Source: Bacillota bacterium (lineage in GTDB: Bacteria; Bacillota; JAAYKD01). From it: 64,000 nt of DNA. Within the stretch, counting starts at the first letter, position 1. Each line of letters opens with the position of its first letter. Of the stretch, positions 1-10,018 are shown piece by piece. The translations under genes and the position numbers were made by a program. The stretch lies in assembly GCA_963666425.2 (NCBI GenBank), contig OY762825.2:2784001-2848000 (forward strand). The letters are read 5' to 3'. The notes beneath the pieces were generated by a model. It had not been told where the DNA came from. It worked only from the letters and a program-made list of their open reading frames with translations, and ran no database searches.

Positions 1-1317
1 GTCTGTATCATGTTGCTTTATGAGCAGAAAGCCGTAAAATTGAATGATACCTTGGCACCGTATATCCCGGAATACAGTCACGCCGCGGAAATCACCATCC
101 GGCAGCTGCTCAATATGACGAGCGGAATTGTCGATTATCAAAATGACCTGCTGATGGATCGCGTCATCGCCGAAAAGAGCAGTACATCTTTATCGGAAAG
201 GGATTTCTTCGTTTATCGGGAACGCTTTCTGGCAGCTCCGCCGCAGTGTGCCTTTGCGGATATTCTGCAAATGGTCAATGATCTGCCACTGAAGGCCGTG
301 CCGGGTAAGGATGTGCAGTACTGCAATACCAATTATGTTTTTTTAAGTGAAATCGTCGCCCGGGTCAGCGGTATGCCGATCCAAGAGTTTATGGACAAGC
401 ACATTTTTCAGCCGTTAGCGATGTCGCATACAGTGTTTGGCGCCAGTCGCTCAGAAGCCGCCAGCTATCTGAAATTCCAGGGAGAACGCTTGCCGCTTGG
501 CCGCTCGACTTTTGCCAGCGGAGACGGCGCCATTTGTTCGACAGCGGAAGATCTGTCGCTTTGGCTGCGAGCCATCTTGCGCAAAGAATTACTGCAAAAA
601 GCCAGCTGGAAACAAATATTCAAGATGTTCAAAGGCGAATATGGTTTCGGCTGGCGGCAAATCGGCCCTTGGTATCATCATGGCGGCGTAGATCTTGGTT
701 ATCGCAGCTATGTCTTGCTCAATTTTGAAAAACAGCTTTCGATTGCCGTTGTGCTCAACGAGGAACCGGAAGAAAGAAGCGAAGAGGAAGAAGTTACCTT
801 TATTAAAAAGCTGCGCCAAGTGGTTTACGCCTACTACAGTTATCCCGAAAAATTGCGTTTGGCTCGCTTTTGCGAGGCGAATCTGCGGGAATGCCTGGAG
901 CTGAAGGTAAGCCGGGAGCAAAGGCAATTCGTAGCGCCGAATACTCGTTCGATTGCCCAGGCTTACGCCGACAAGAAATTAGCCAGACCGTTTGTTTTAA
1001 TGGACGGTAAAAACAGCGTTGGTTTTGTTATGTTTGCCATTGTTAAAAAGCAAGGAATTTATTATATCTGGCGCTTCATGATCGATCGCCACTACCAAGG
1101 CAAAGGCTATGGCAAAGCAGCCATGCGGCTCTGTCTTGATTATCTGAAAAAAGCAGGCGCTCAGCGGGTGATCTTATCGGTAGAACTGGAAAATGAAGTT
1201 GCGCAGAAGTTATACCGCAGTTACGGTTTTTTGCCGACCGGCGGACGCAGCGACGGTGAAATCGAAATGGCGATGCAATGGCCTGACACTGCAGCAACAG
1301 CAGCAAGACCGCTGTAA
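1..1317 (+). CDS. Serine hydrolase (beta-lactamase/AmpC-like family) fused to a C-terminal GNAT acetyltransferase; 5' end probably upstream of the window
   Basis: Frame is open from base 1. ITIRQLLNMTSGI, YCN (YxN) and HHGG motifs are present, but no SxxK is visible. The C-terminal WRFMIDRHYQGKGYGKAA is a GNAT acetyl-CoA motif. Confidence 0.8.
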   Translation, partial: VCIMLLYEQKAVKLNDTLAPYIPEYSHAAEITIRQLLNMTSGIVDYQNDLLMDRVIAEKSSTSLSERDFFVYRERFLAAPPQCAFADILQMVNDLPLKAVPGKDVQYCNTNYVFLSEIVARVSGMPIQEFMDKHIFQPLAMSHTVFGASRSEAASYLKFQGERLPLGRSTFASGDGAICSTAEDLSLWLRAILRKELLQKASWKQIFKMFKGEYGFGWRQIGPWYHHGGVDLGYRSYVLLNFEKQLSIAVVLNEEPEERSEEEEVTFIKKLRQVVYAYYSYPEKLRLARFCEANLRECLELKVSREQRQFVAPNTRSIAQAYADKKLARPFVLMDGKNSVGFVMFAIVKKQGIYYIWRFMIDRHYQGKGYGKAAMRLCLDYLKKAGAQRVILSVELENEVAQKLYRSYGFLPTGGRSDGEIEMAMQWPDTAATAARPL

Positions 1318-1350
1318 ACCGGCGATGCAAATCGCAGAGAAAGAGGAAGA

Positions 1351-1812
1351 ATGGAAAAACAACAAAAAAGAATAGCCAAAAAAGTGCGTTTGGTTTCCCT
1401 CACACCGGAGAATCTCAAGCAATGTCTTGCCCTGGAAGTAAACCCGGAACAAGAGTATTATGTAGCCTCCAATCAGCAATCTCTGGCAAAAGCTTCGGTG
1501 CATAAAACCGCCAGACCTTTTCTGATTATGGATGGTGAAACCGCTGTGGGTTTTGTGATGTTCAATGTAAAAAAAGAGAAAGACTATTATGAGATTTGGC
1601 GCTTCATGATTGATCAGGCCTACCAGGGCTGCGGCTATGGCAAGGCTGCCATGCGTCTCTGTATGGGTTATCTGAAGGCTGCCGGCGGCAATCGAGCTGT
1701 TCTGACTTGCATCGGTGATAATGAACCGGCTAAGTCGTTATACCGCAGCTATGGCTTTGTGCCAATCGCGCAAGGCGGCGATGAGATCGATATGGCCGCC
1801 GATCTCATTTGA
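1351..1812 (+). CDS. GNAT N-acetyltransferase (BltD/spermidine acetyltransferase-like)
   Basis: WRFMIDQAYQGCGYGKAA and NEPAKSLYRSYGF motifs; GAGGA RBS upstream. Confidence 0.85.
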   Translation: MEKQQKRIAKKVRLVSLTPENLKQCLALEVNPEQEYYVASNQQSLAKASVHKTARPFLIMDGETAVGFVMFNVKKEKDYYEIWRFMIDQAYQGCGYGKAAMRLCMGYLKAAGGNRAVLTCIGDNEPAKSLYRSYGFVPIAQGGDEIDMAADLI

Positions 1813-1825
1813 GTCAACAGTACAT

Positions 1826-1856
1826 AAAAAACCCCGGTACTAAACCGGGGATTTTT
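1826..1856. terminator. Bidirectional rho-independent terminator
   Basis: AAAAAA-CCCCGGT-actaa-ACCGGGG-ATTTTT between convergent GNAT and rpmB genes. Confidence 0.8.
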
Positions 1857-1876
1857 ATTTTCAAAACTGGATTTAA

Positions 1877-2068
1877 TTAGAGCGCTCTTTGCACTTTGCC
1901 GGAACGGATACAACGGGTACAAACTTGCATACGTTTAGGAGTTCCTCCTACGATCGCATGCACAGTTTGCAGGTTTGGCGCAATCGTTTTATGATTCCGA
2001 TTACCACGTTTACTGACATTATTGCCCGTGGTCATGCCCTTACCGCAAATTTCACATACTCGTGCCAT
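1877..2068 (-). CDS. rpmB: 50S ribosomal protein L28
   Basis: MARVCEICGKG...GNNVS...PNLQ...VCTRCIRSG; GGAGG RBS. Confidence 0.97.
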   Translation of the reverse strand: MARVCEICGKGMTTGNNVSKRGNRNHKTIAPNLQTVHAIVGGTPKRMQVCTRCIRSGKVQRAL

Positions 2069-2318
2069 GGTTCCACCTCCTTTGGTGTTGCCAAGTGTTG
2101 AACAGACCTAGTTTAACATAGATTGAAGGAGTTGACAAGCTGTGCTTAGAATAATTTTAAATAATTCTCTTTTCATTTTATGAAATACAGTGTAGAATAG
2201 GGTTGAGCCATTCTATTGGGCAGCCTTGTTCAAAAAGCAAGTGGCAGCAGATCCATTACAATGAAATTCATACAGTCAATTACTGAACATATGCATAGTA
2301 GAAACGGAGGAGATTCAT

Positions 2319-3992
2319 TTGGCAGAAGAGCTAACGAAAGATTTCCTGGATGCTGACGATATGTGCAGGATGTTTTTTGCCGCGGCCAATCAATTATTGA
2401 AGCAACGGGATCAAATCAACGCATTGAATGTTTTCCCGGTTCCGGATGGAGATACCGGTACGAATATGTATCTTACGCTCAAATCATCGGTCGACGAGCT
2501 GTCAGCGATGGATCATTTTACTGTGGGTAAAGTGACAAGCGCGGTCAGTATGGGTGCCTTGATGGGAGCGCGGGGAAATTCAGGCGTTATCTTATCTCAA
2601 CTGTTTCGTGGCTTCGGCCGTCAGATGGACAACAAAGAAAAAATCACCACCGGGGAATATGCCAAAGCGATGCAGGAAGGGGTCAACGCCGCTTATAAAG
2701 CAGTGATGCGTCCGACCGAAGGGACAATTCTCACCGTTGCCAAAGAAGCAGCTAAGGAAGCGTTGGCCAATGCGCGCAGTCATAAAGACTTTGTTTCTTT
2801 TTTTGAATTGATCGTGAAAAAATCAGAAGAAGCGCTGCAGAAAACGCCTTCTCAGCTGCCTGTTTTAAAGCAGGCTGGGGTGGTTGATGCCGGTGGCGCG
2901 GGTTTACTGGCAATCTATCAGGGTTTCCTGCAGGGAATTACCGGTAAAGGAGGGGAGATTGAATTGCCTGTTGAAGAAAAGCCGCAATCCTCATCTCCAA
3001 CCGCCGTTGCCCAGAGTGTCTTGCAGAATTCAGCGGAGATTGAGTTCGGTTACTGTACCGAAATGATCATTCTCGGCGAGAAGATGGATCAGGATCGCTT
3101 GCTTCAGGAGTTGACTCCTTTGGGTGATTCTCTGATGGTGGTTGGAGATCCGAAAATCTTAAAAGTGCATGTACACACCAATCATCCGGGCAAAGCGCTT
3201 GAATTCGCTTTGGCGATGGGCAACTTAAGCCGAGTGAAAGTAGAGAACATGCGGGAACAGCACCATCATCTGCTGCTGCAGAATGAAGAGCAGGCAGCGG
3301 CTGACATAGCGCCTGCCGCGGTGATAGAAACAAAACCGGTCGGCGTTGTTGCGGTGGCAGCCGGCTCTGGTCTGGTTGATATTTTCCACAGTCTTGGCGT
3401 GGATTTTGTGGTAGAAGGCGGCCAAACCATGAACCCCAGCACCGAGGATATTGTCAAAGCCATTGAGCAAGTGCCGGCTGGACAGGTCTTTGTGCTGCCC
3501 AATAACAAAAATATTATTCTCGCTGCCGAACAGGCAGTGGGGCTGACCGAAAAGAAAGTTTATGTCATTCCCACCAAGTCTGTCCCGCAGGGCATTGCAT
3601 CTTTGCTGGCCTTCAGTCCGGAATCGACTGATTATGCGGCGATGCAGCAAGCGATGCTGCAGGCAGCCAAGCACATCCGCACGGGGCAAGTCACACACGC
3701 GGTGCGCAATTCCACGGTACAGGGACAAGTGATTACCGAGGGCGATTATCTGGCACTCTGTGAGGGCGATATTGTTGGCTCGAGTTCTGATATGGAAATT
3801 GTGCTCAAACTGCTGCTGAAATCCCTACTGCGGGATCATCCGGAGATCATCACGATCTATTACGGTGAAGAGGTTAGTCAGGCGGAGGCGGAAGCGCTGC
3901 AAAAGCAGCTGCAGGCAGATTATCCTGATCTGGAAGTAGAATTGTACTTCGGCGGTCAGCCGGTTTACTATTATATCCTATCTGCCGAATAG
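2319..3992 (+). CDS. fakA: DAK2-domain fatty acid kinase subunit A (YloV/FakA)
   Basis: INALNVFPVPDGDTGTNM, GARGNSGVILSQ, VVDAGG, VHVHT and GGQTMNPS motifs; rpmB-yloV-recG synteny. Confidence 0.93.
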   Translation: MAEELTKDFLDADDMCRMFFAAANQLLKQRDQINALNVFPVPDGDTGTNMYLTLKSSVDELSAMDHFTVGKVTSAVSMGALMGARGNSGVILSQLFRGFGRQMDNKEKITTGEYAKAMQEGVNAAYKAVMRPTEGTILTVAKEAAKEALANARSHKDFVSFFELIVKKSEEALQKTPSQLPVLKQAGVVDAGGAGLLAIYQGFLQGITGKGGEIELPVEEKPQSSSPTAVAQSVLQNSAEIEFGYCTEMIILGEKMDQDRLLQELTPLGDSLMVVGDPKILKVHVHTNHPGKALEFALAMGNLSRVKVENMREQHHHLLLQNEEQAAADIAPAAVIETKPVGVVAVAAGSGLVDIFHSLGVDFVVEGGQTMNPSTEDIVKAIEQVPAGQVFVLPNNKNIILAAEQAVGLTEKKVYVIPTKSVPQGIASLLAFSPESTDYAAMQQAMLQAAKHIRTGQVTHAVRNSTVQGQVITEGDYLALCEGDIVGSSSDMEIVLKLLLKSLLRDHPEIITIYYGEEVSQAEAEALQKQLQADYPDLEVELYFGGQPVYYYILSAE

Positions 3993-4007
3993 AAGTTTTT
4001 ATGCAAG

Positions 4008-4036
4008 GAGGCCGTGATGGATGCGGCCTCTTTTTT
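4008..4036 (+). terminator. Rho-independent terminator between fakA and recG
   Basis: GAGGCCG-9 nt-CGGCCTC-TTTTTT. Confidence 0.7.
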
Positions 4037-4063
4037 AATGTTACGGTGCAAGGAGATGAAGCA

Positions 4064-6109
4064 GTGGCAAGGGAATTGAAAACAACAGACCCGATTTCTC
4101 TCCGGCAATTATCCGGCCTGGGCCCGCGCCGCTTGGCTGCCCTGCAGACGGTCGACTGCCATGATTTGCTGGATTTGCTGAATCGATTTCCGAAAACCTA
4201 TCGGCGGCAGGAAAAAATACCTGCATTTCCCCCTCAGCCGCTGCCGGAACAGGATATTTTGCTCGATGTGCAAGTTCTCGGTGTGGGCGTCATTTTGCGC
4301 AAAAAGCAATTGAATATGGTTCGTCTCCCCGTGATGGACGCGGCGGGAAACCATCTGATCGCCATCTGGTTCAACCAGCCCTACCGCAGGAATCAATTTG
4401 CTGCCGGTGAGCAGATCTGGCTCTTGGGCAAAGCGGAGCAAAAAGGCAATTTACGCAGCATCTTAGTCAAACAAACGGGTAAGGGTCCGGGCAGCGGTGG
4501 GCTGCAGGCGGTCTATGCGCTGCCGGAAGGCATTACGCAGAAACTCTACCGCAGTTGGCTGCAGCAAGCCCTGGCAGCTTTTACAGCTCTCTGGACGGAA
4601 CCTTGGCCACCGGAGTGGGATGAATTTTTACCCTGCAGCAGTAAGACTGCTTATCAGCAGGTGCATTTCCCGCAAAGCGAAGCGGAACTGCAGGCAGCGC
4701 AGCAGCGTTTATTGTTTGATGAAATGCTGATGCTGCAGTTGCTGCAGGTTGAGCCCAAAACCGAGTGCGGTTATGGCCAACCGACTCCGGACAAACGCAT
4801 GGCGGCTTGGTGGCAGAGCTTGCCATACCAGCTGACTCAGGCGCAGCAGCGTGTTATCGCAGAGATCCAACAGGATATGCAGCGCCCGGCTCCGATGCGC
4901 CGTTTTGTGCAGGGTGATGTTGGCAGCGGTAAGACGGTCGTCGCCGCCGCTGCTCTGCTGCAGGCAGTCGCGAACGGTCATCAGGCGGTCCTGATGGCTC
5001 CCACCGAATTGTTGGCCAGGCAGCATGCCAGAACCTTGCGGCAGCTTTTGCCGCCGGAAATCGATTTATTCCTGTTGACCGGTAAAAGCAGCACGGGCGA
5101 TCGTCGTCTGGCGATGGCAGCGGCTGCGGCAGGGCAGGCAGGCGTTTGGGTTGGCACCCACGCTCTCTTTGCCGAAACACTAAACTTTCAGGATTTGAGT
5201 TTGGTCGTGATTGACGAACAGCATCGCTTTGGGGTGCTGCAGCGCCAGCAGCTGCTGGCGCATCGCCTGCCGGTGCCCGATTGTTTATCCTTATCCGCTA
5301 CACCAATCCCGCGCAGCCTGGCCATGCTGCTCTATGGCGATTCTTCCTTAAGTATTTTGGATGAGCAGCCGCCGGGGCGCGTGCCGATCAAAACAGTCTG
5401 GCTGAAAGAGCAGGCCAGAGTGGAAAAACTGGTCGATTTTTGTTTAACGGAAATGCAGCAGGGGCGTTCGGTCTATTGGGTTTGTCCGAGCATTGAGACA
5501 GACGATGAATCGGAAGCGGCGATGCCTTCTATTGAGGAGCGAGCTAAGCTGCTGAACCAGCGCTGGCCTGCAGAATATTGGGCTGTTTTACATGGCAGTA
5601 TGAAACCGGCTGAACGTTTCGAGGTGATGAATCGCTTTGCCGACGGAAGCTTAAAAGGGCTCTTGGCGACGACGGTGATTGAAGTTGGTGTCGATCAGCC
5701 GACTGCTTCGGTGATGGTAGTGGAAGGGGCCGATCGTTTTGGTTTGGCCCAACTGCATCAGCTGCGTGGCCGGGTCGGGCGCGGCCAGGATCAGGCTTAC
5801 TGTGCTTTATTGAGCGCACCTAAGTTGTCCAGCTTTGCCGAAAAACGTTTGCAAGCGCTTTGTGACAGCCAGGATGGCTTCTATTTGGCTCAAATGGATC
5901 TCGAACTGCGCGGACCCGGTGAAATTCTGGGCACCGATCAAAGCGGTTTCACTGATTATTTGATCTTTCGCTGGCAGATCGACGAGGCCATTCTGCAGCT
6001 GGTCAAAGACTGCGCCGCGAAAATCAGCGGCCAGGCAGGGTTGCTGCGTCAGGAGCAGTGGCAATGGATTCGTCAATGCGTGACGAAGCGCAATTTACCG
6101 TCTTCGTAA
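4064..6109 (+). CDS. recG: ATP-dependent DNA helicase RecG
   Basis: QGDVGSGKT, DEQHRFG, SATPIPRSL, ATTVIEVGVD, QLHQLRGRVGRG and DLELRGPGE motifs; GTG start after AGGAG. Confidence 0.95.
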   Translation: MARELKTTDPISLRQLSGLGPRRLAALQTVDCHDLLDLLNRFPKTYRRQEKIPAFPPQPLPEQDILLDVQVLGVGVILRKKQLNMVRLPVMDAAGNHLIAIWFNQPYRRNQFAAGEQIWLLGKAEQKGNLRSILVKQTGKGPGSGGLQAVYALPEGITQKLYRSWLQQALAAFTALWTEPWPPEWDEFLPCSSKTAYQQVHFPQSEAELQAAQQRLLFDEMLMLQLLQVEPKTECGYGQPTPDKRMAAWWQSLPYQLTQAQQRVIAEIQQDMQRPAPMRRFVQGDVGSGKTVVAAAALLQAVANGHQAVLMAPTELLARQHARTLRQLLPPEIDLFLLTGKSSTGDRRLAMAAAAAGQAGVWVGTHALFAETLNFQDLSLVVIDEQHRFGVLQRQQLLAHRLPVPDCLSLSATPIPRSLAMLLYGDSSLSILDEQPPGRVPIKTVWLKEQARVEKLVDFCLTEMQQGRSVYWVCPSIETDDESEAAMPSIEERAKLLNQRWPAEYWAVLHGSMKPAERFEVMNRFADGSLKGLLATTVIEVGVDQPTASVMVVEGADRFGLAQLHQLRGRVGRGQDQAYCALLSAPKLSSFAEKRLQALCDSQDGFYLAQMDLELRGPGEILGTDQSGFTDYLIFRWQIDEAILQLVKDCAAKISGQAGLLRQEQWQWIRQCVTKRNLPSS

Positions 6110-6145
6110 AAACCATCGTAAAAGAAAATCAGTGAGGTGAAGGTT

Positions 6146-6721
6146 ATGCGGATTATTGCAGGTACTGCCAGAGGCAGACGTTTAAAAACTCCCAACGATG
6201 AATTAACCCGGCCGACCTCGGACCGGCTGAAGGAATCTTTATTCAGCATCCTGACTCCCTATTTGGGTGAGGCTCAGGTGTTGGATGTCTTTTCCGGCAG
6301 CGGTGCCTTTGGTTTGGAATCGATCAGCCGGGGCGCGGCTTATGCGACCATGATTGAGCTGCGGCCGGAAGCAGCTAAAGTCATTCGTGATAACATCGCG
6401 GTCTGTGGCTTTGAAAAACAGACGCAGCTGATCGAGGGAGATGCGCTGACCTGGCTGAAAATGCTGCGTTTACCGGCGGCGATCGATCTCATTTTCATGG
6501 ATCCGCCTTATCAATTAGAAATGGCGGAAGAAGCAGTGAGAGTGATGGGCGATGCCAAGTGGCTGCAGCCCACGACGCTGCTGATCATCGAACACCATCA
6601 AAAAGATGCGCTGCCACAGCAGTTTCCTGTTTGGCAGCGCTATCGTCAGCTCCGGCAAGGGGAGAGTGTCATTTCGTTTTATCGCTATACAGAGGCAAGA
6701 GAAGCGGAGGAATTGCAGTGA
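6146..6721 (+). CDS. rsmD: 16S rRNA m2G966 methyltransferase
   Basis: MRIIAGTARGRRL, RPTSDRLKESLF, LDVFSGSG and DPPY motifs. Confidence 0.95.
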   Translation: MRIIAGTARGRRLKTPNDELTRPTSDRLKESLFSILTPYLGEAQVLDVFSGSGAFGLESISRGAAYATMIELRPEAAKVIRDNIAVCGFEKQTQLIEGDALTWLKMLRLPAAIDLIFMDPPYQLEMAEEAVRVMGDAKWLQPTTLLIIEHHQKDALPQQFPVWQRYRQLRQGESVISFYRYTEAREAEELQ

Positions 6722-7722
6722 AATGGCTGCGGGAAAATAAAGCTTATCTGATCATTTTAGCGGTTTTACTGACGCTGGAGATCGCTTTCTTCTACTATCC
6801 CCTGGATTACATTGTCTATTATGATGGTTTGGCTACCGATTTGGCGCCGTATATCACAGTCTCTGCCGGTGATCCCGATGATACCGGTAGCTTTTATATG
6901 CTGAGTGTCTATACTACGCAGGCCAACGGCGCAATTTGGCTGCGGGCTCAGTTTGATCATAATTTGGATTTAAAAGCCAAAGACACCGTGATTCCCGCGG
7001 GCATGACAACAGAAGAATACGATGATCAAATGCTGAAGAACATGTCGGAAAGCCAAAAAAAGGCGGTCCTGGTCGCTTTGCCAAAAGCAGGCAGAACCGT
7101 CAGCGTTCATGGCGGCGGAGTACAGATTGCCGATTTTACACCCACCTGCACCCTCAAGGATCTGCTGCAGATCGGTGATATCATTACCGGTTTCAATGGG
7201 AAAAGGATCATCCTGAATGAGGATCTGCAGCGCGCCTTATTGCAGGTGCAGGTCAATGACAGCGTGGAGCTGCAATTACTGCGGGATGGCAACAGCCTGA
7301 CTATGCCGGTCACGGTAGGGCAGGATGCCAGCGGGGCGGCAAAACTGGGCATTTACCTCAGCCAAGTCGCCTGGGATTTGAGCTATGACGGTGAAATCAG
7401 CTTTTCCGACCAGAACATCGGCGGCGGTTCGGCCGGCATGATGATGACACTGGAAATCATCAATCGCTGTCTGCCGGAAGATCTGACACGAGGGCATCAA
7501 ATCGCCGGTACAGGCACGATCCGCCTGGACGGCAGCATCGGCCCTATCGAAGGTGTCAAGCAAAAACTGCATGCCGCCGAAAAAGCGGGTGCCGAGTATT
7601 TTCTGGTACCGCAGGAAAACTACGAGGCGGCACGCGGCTTTGCCACCAAGATTACCGTGATCCAAGTGCAAACACTGGACGATGCGCTGCAATTCCTGGC
7701 CGGTCTGAGCCCGGCTCCCTAA
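6718..7722 (+). CDS. ylbL: YlbL-like membrane-anchored PDZ and Lon-type (S16) protease
   Basis: N-terminal TM segment, PDZ-like middle, IGGGSAGMM, IAGTGTI and GPIEGVKQK; GTG start overlaps the rsmD stop. Confidence 0.85.
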   Translation: MKWLRENKAYLIILAVLLTLEIAFFYYPLDYIVYYDGLATDLAPYITVSAGDPDDTGSFYMLSVYTTQANGAIWLRAQFDHNLDLKAKDTVIPAGMTTEEYDDQMLKNMSESQKKAVLVALPKAGRTVSVHGGGVQIADFTPTCTLKDLLQIGDIITGFNGKRIILNEDLQRALLQVQVNDSVELQLLRDGNSLTMPVTVGQDASGAAKLGIYLSQVAWDLSYDGEISFSDQNIGGGSAGMMMTLEIINRCLPEDLTRGHQIAGTGTIRLDGSIGPIEGVKQKLHAAEKAGAEYFLVPQENYEAARGFATKITVIQVQTLDDALQFLAGLSPAP

Positions 7723-7735
7723 AAATGCTGCTTTA

Positions 7736-8959
7736 TTAAACAGCTACCGGCTGCTGACGCTCCCAATGCAGTTGGCTGCGCGCCTGTTCATCGGCAAGAC
7801 CGAGCCGCCAGAGATCCGCTGCCAGCAAATCATAAGCGAGCATGGCGGCGGCTGGTGCTGATAATTCACGCATTTGCTTCTGCGGCTGCGTGATCAGCGG
7901 AATGCTTGAGTGGCTGCGCCATTGACTCAAGAGAGTCTGGCCGCTGCGGTTGTAGCCCAAGACAGCGGCATACTGCGCAGGACCCTGGTAGAGCGGCTCG
8001 GCTGTTTTATCAATCTGCAGTAGAAGATGACAAAGACTGCGCTGCAAACGGCTGTAGGGATAACGTTTGGTTTTCACCTGCAGCAAGAAATCTGCTAGGC
8101 TGTCGGCATTGCGGTTGGCGTAGAAACGATTCTCCAGGCCTTCGCTGAGTTCCGGCAGCTGAGCGAGTTTTGCCGGAGAAGCGGTGCGCAGCAGCAGCAA
8201 GATGGCCTGTTCAAAAGCCTGCAGCGCATAGATGACCCGCCCGGCAGTCAGTTCCTGCTCCAGGACTGCATAACTGTCAGAGGGAAGATACTCCTTTAAA
8301 CAATCAAAACCACCTTCCGCCATTGTTTTGCGGATGGCAGTGGCGCTGGCCATCGGCTGCAGGCTGCTGTCCAAAAAACCTGCGCCTTGCCGTTGAATTG
8401 GCAAAGGAAGCAATGTGCTGTGCTGTTCTTCGATCGCCTGCAGATAACTGAGCGCCAGGGTATTATTGGGCTGCTGCATTAAAGGCGCTAAGCCGGCATA
8501 TTGTGGCAGGGAGGCGATGGCCAGCATCTGGGTCTTGGCATGGTTATTGCCGAGAGACTGCAGCTGTTTTGCGGCTGCGGCAGTGGCGTCTGCGCGGAGC
8601 GCTGCGCTTAAGTGCAGCAAATCAGCCGGATTTGCCGCTTCACAGCCAAAACTCAAGTGCGTGATGCCGGGTAATTGACTGAGCAGTGAGACACCGCCGC
8701 CGGCAAAGCGATCGGCATTGGCACTGGAATAGACGACCGGCAGCTGCAAAACCAGGTCGGCCCCCTGCTGCAGAGCCGCTTTGGCGCGCTGCCAGGGCTG
8801 AATCAGGGCGGGGATGCCGCGCTGGGTAAAAAAGCCGCTCATCACAACAATTACTGCTTCCGCTTCTGCGGCAGCCCTGGCTTGCTGCAAATGATAAGCG
8901 TGTCCCGCATGAAACGGGTTATATTCCGCGATAATACCCACGATTGCCAAATTAGGCAC
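7736..8959 (-). CDS. tmcAL: tRNA(Met) cytidine acetate ligase (YlbM/TmcAL)
   Basis: GIIAEYNPFHAGH, MSGFFTQRG, PNNTLA, SATAIR and KTKRYPYSRLQR motifs; conserved position. Confidence 0.9.
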   Translation of the reverse strand: MPNLAIVGIIAEYNPFHAGHAYHLQQARAAAEAEAVIVVMSGFFTQRGIPALIQPWQRAKAALQQGADLVLQLPVVYSSANADRFAGGGVSLLSQLPGITHLSFGCEAANPADLLHLSAALRADATAAAAKQLQSLGNNHAKTQMLAIASLPQYAGLAPLMQQPNNTLALSYLQAIEEQHSTLLPLPIQRQGAGFLDSSLQPMASATAIRKTMAEGGFDCLKEYLPSDSYAVLEQELTAGRVIYALQAFEQAILLLLRTASPAKLAQLPELSEGLENRFYANRNADSLADFLLQVKTKRYPYSRLQRSLCHLLLQIDKTAEPLYQGPAQYAAVLGYNRSGQTLLSQWRSHSSIPLITQPQKQMRELSAPAAAMLAYDLLAADLWRLGLADEQARSQLHWERQQPVAV

Positions 8960-9039
8960 CTCCTCAGTTTTATTTTCATTGTATCAAAGCTTTCCGATCA
9001 GATCAAGCAATATTCTGCAAAGATTTGCCTCGGTGCATC

Positions 9040-9068
9040 TTGACAAAATCGTCAGAAAAGGATACAAT
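9040..9068 (+). promoter_or_regulatory. SigA-type promoter for yceD-rpmF
   Basis: TTGACA-17 bp-TACAAT. Confidence 0.7.
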
Positions 9069-9096
9069 ACTTTGCAGACTATTTTGAGGTGATTCC

Positions 9097-9645
9097 ATGA
9101 TCATATCCGTTTCTGAGTTAAAAAGATTGGTCGGAGACCAAAAATCTGCACACTGGCAGGAAGAGATTGCGCATTTTGATCTGAGTGATCTGGATATGCA
9201 TTTATTGCAGCCGGTGGATGCTTCGATACTCGTGACCAATGCGGGAGATCGTTTTTTGATCACCGGTCAGGCTGTCGCGCAGTTGCAGCTGACTTGCTGC
9301 CGCTGTCTCGTGGAGTTTCAGCAGGTACTGACATTTGATCTGGCGGAACAATATTTATTTGTTCCGATGGCGGATGTGGAAGAAGATGACTCTGAAGAGG
9401 ACGAAAACTCGAAAGAAGATCGCTTTTTACCGGTGCTGGCAGCAGATCAAATTGATGTCAGCCGTTTATTGATTGAAACATTCTTCAGTCAGCTTCCCAT
9501 GAAGCCATTGTGCAAGGAAGAATGCCTGGGCTTATGTGATCAATGCGGTGCCAATCTCAATGAAGGTCCCTGTGATTGTCATCAGAATACCACAGATCCT
9601 CGTCTGGCTGTTCTAAGTCAATGGCTAAAGAAGAATGTAAAGTGA
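9097..9645 (+). CDS. yceD: DUF177/YceD family protein
   Basis: CCRCL and PMKPLCKEECLGLCDQCGANLN...DPRLA; lies upstream of rpmF. Confidence 0.9.
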   Translation: MIISVSELKRLVGDQKSAHWQEEIAHFDLSDLDMHLLQPVDASILVTNAGDRFLITGQAVAQLQLTCCRCLVEFQQVLTFDLAEQYLFVPMADVEEDDSEEDENSKEDRFLPVLAADQIDVSRLLIETFFSQLPMKPLCKEECLGLCDQCGANLNEGPCDCHQNTTDPRLAVLSQWLKKNVK

Positions 9646-9704
9646 TTCAAAACCTGCCTGTCAATCAGGCGGTGATGATAACACCGAAGAAGGAGGTGTG
9701 AAGA

Positions 9705-9890
9705 ATGGGTGCTGTTCCAAAAAGCAAAACATCCAAGGCCCGTCGTGACAGTCGTCGTGCCAACAGTTTCCGTCTAGGCGTTCCCGGATTAGCAGAATGC
9801 CCCCAATGCCACAAACCAAAACTATCCCATCGTGTATGTCCCAGTTGCGGATATTACAACGGTAAGGAAGTTGTTGCCGTGCAGGAATAA
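9705..9890 (+). CDS. rpmF: 50S ribosomal protein L32
   Basis: [17 protein letters not shown]...CPQC...[10 protein letters not shown]. Confidence 0.97.
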   Translation: MGAVPKSKTSKARRDSRRANSFRLGVPGLAECPQCHKPKLSHRVCPSCGYYNGKEVVAVQE

Positions 9891-10018
9891 GTGAATAGGT
9901 CATTCGTGAATCACGCATGAGGGAAGCCTTTGAATACGTAAGCAGTACGTTTCCGGAGGCTTCTTTTCTTGCTTTTTAGCAGATATTTTAGTATACTATA
10001 ATTTAAGGATGTGAGCAA

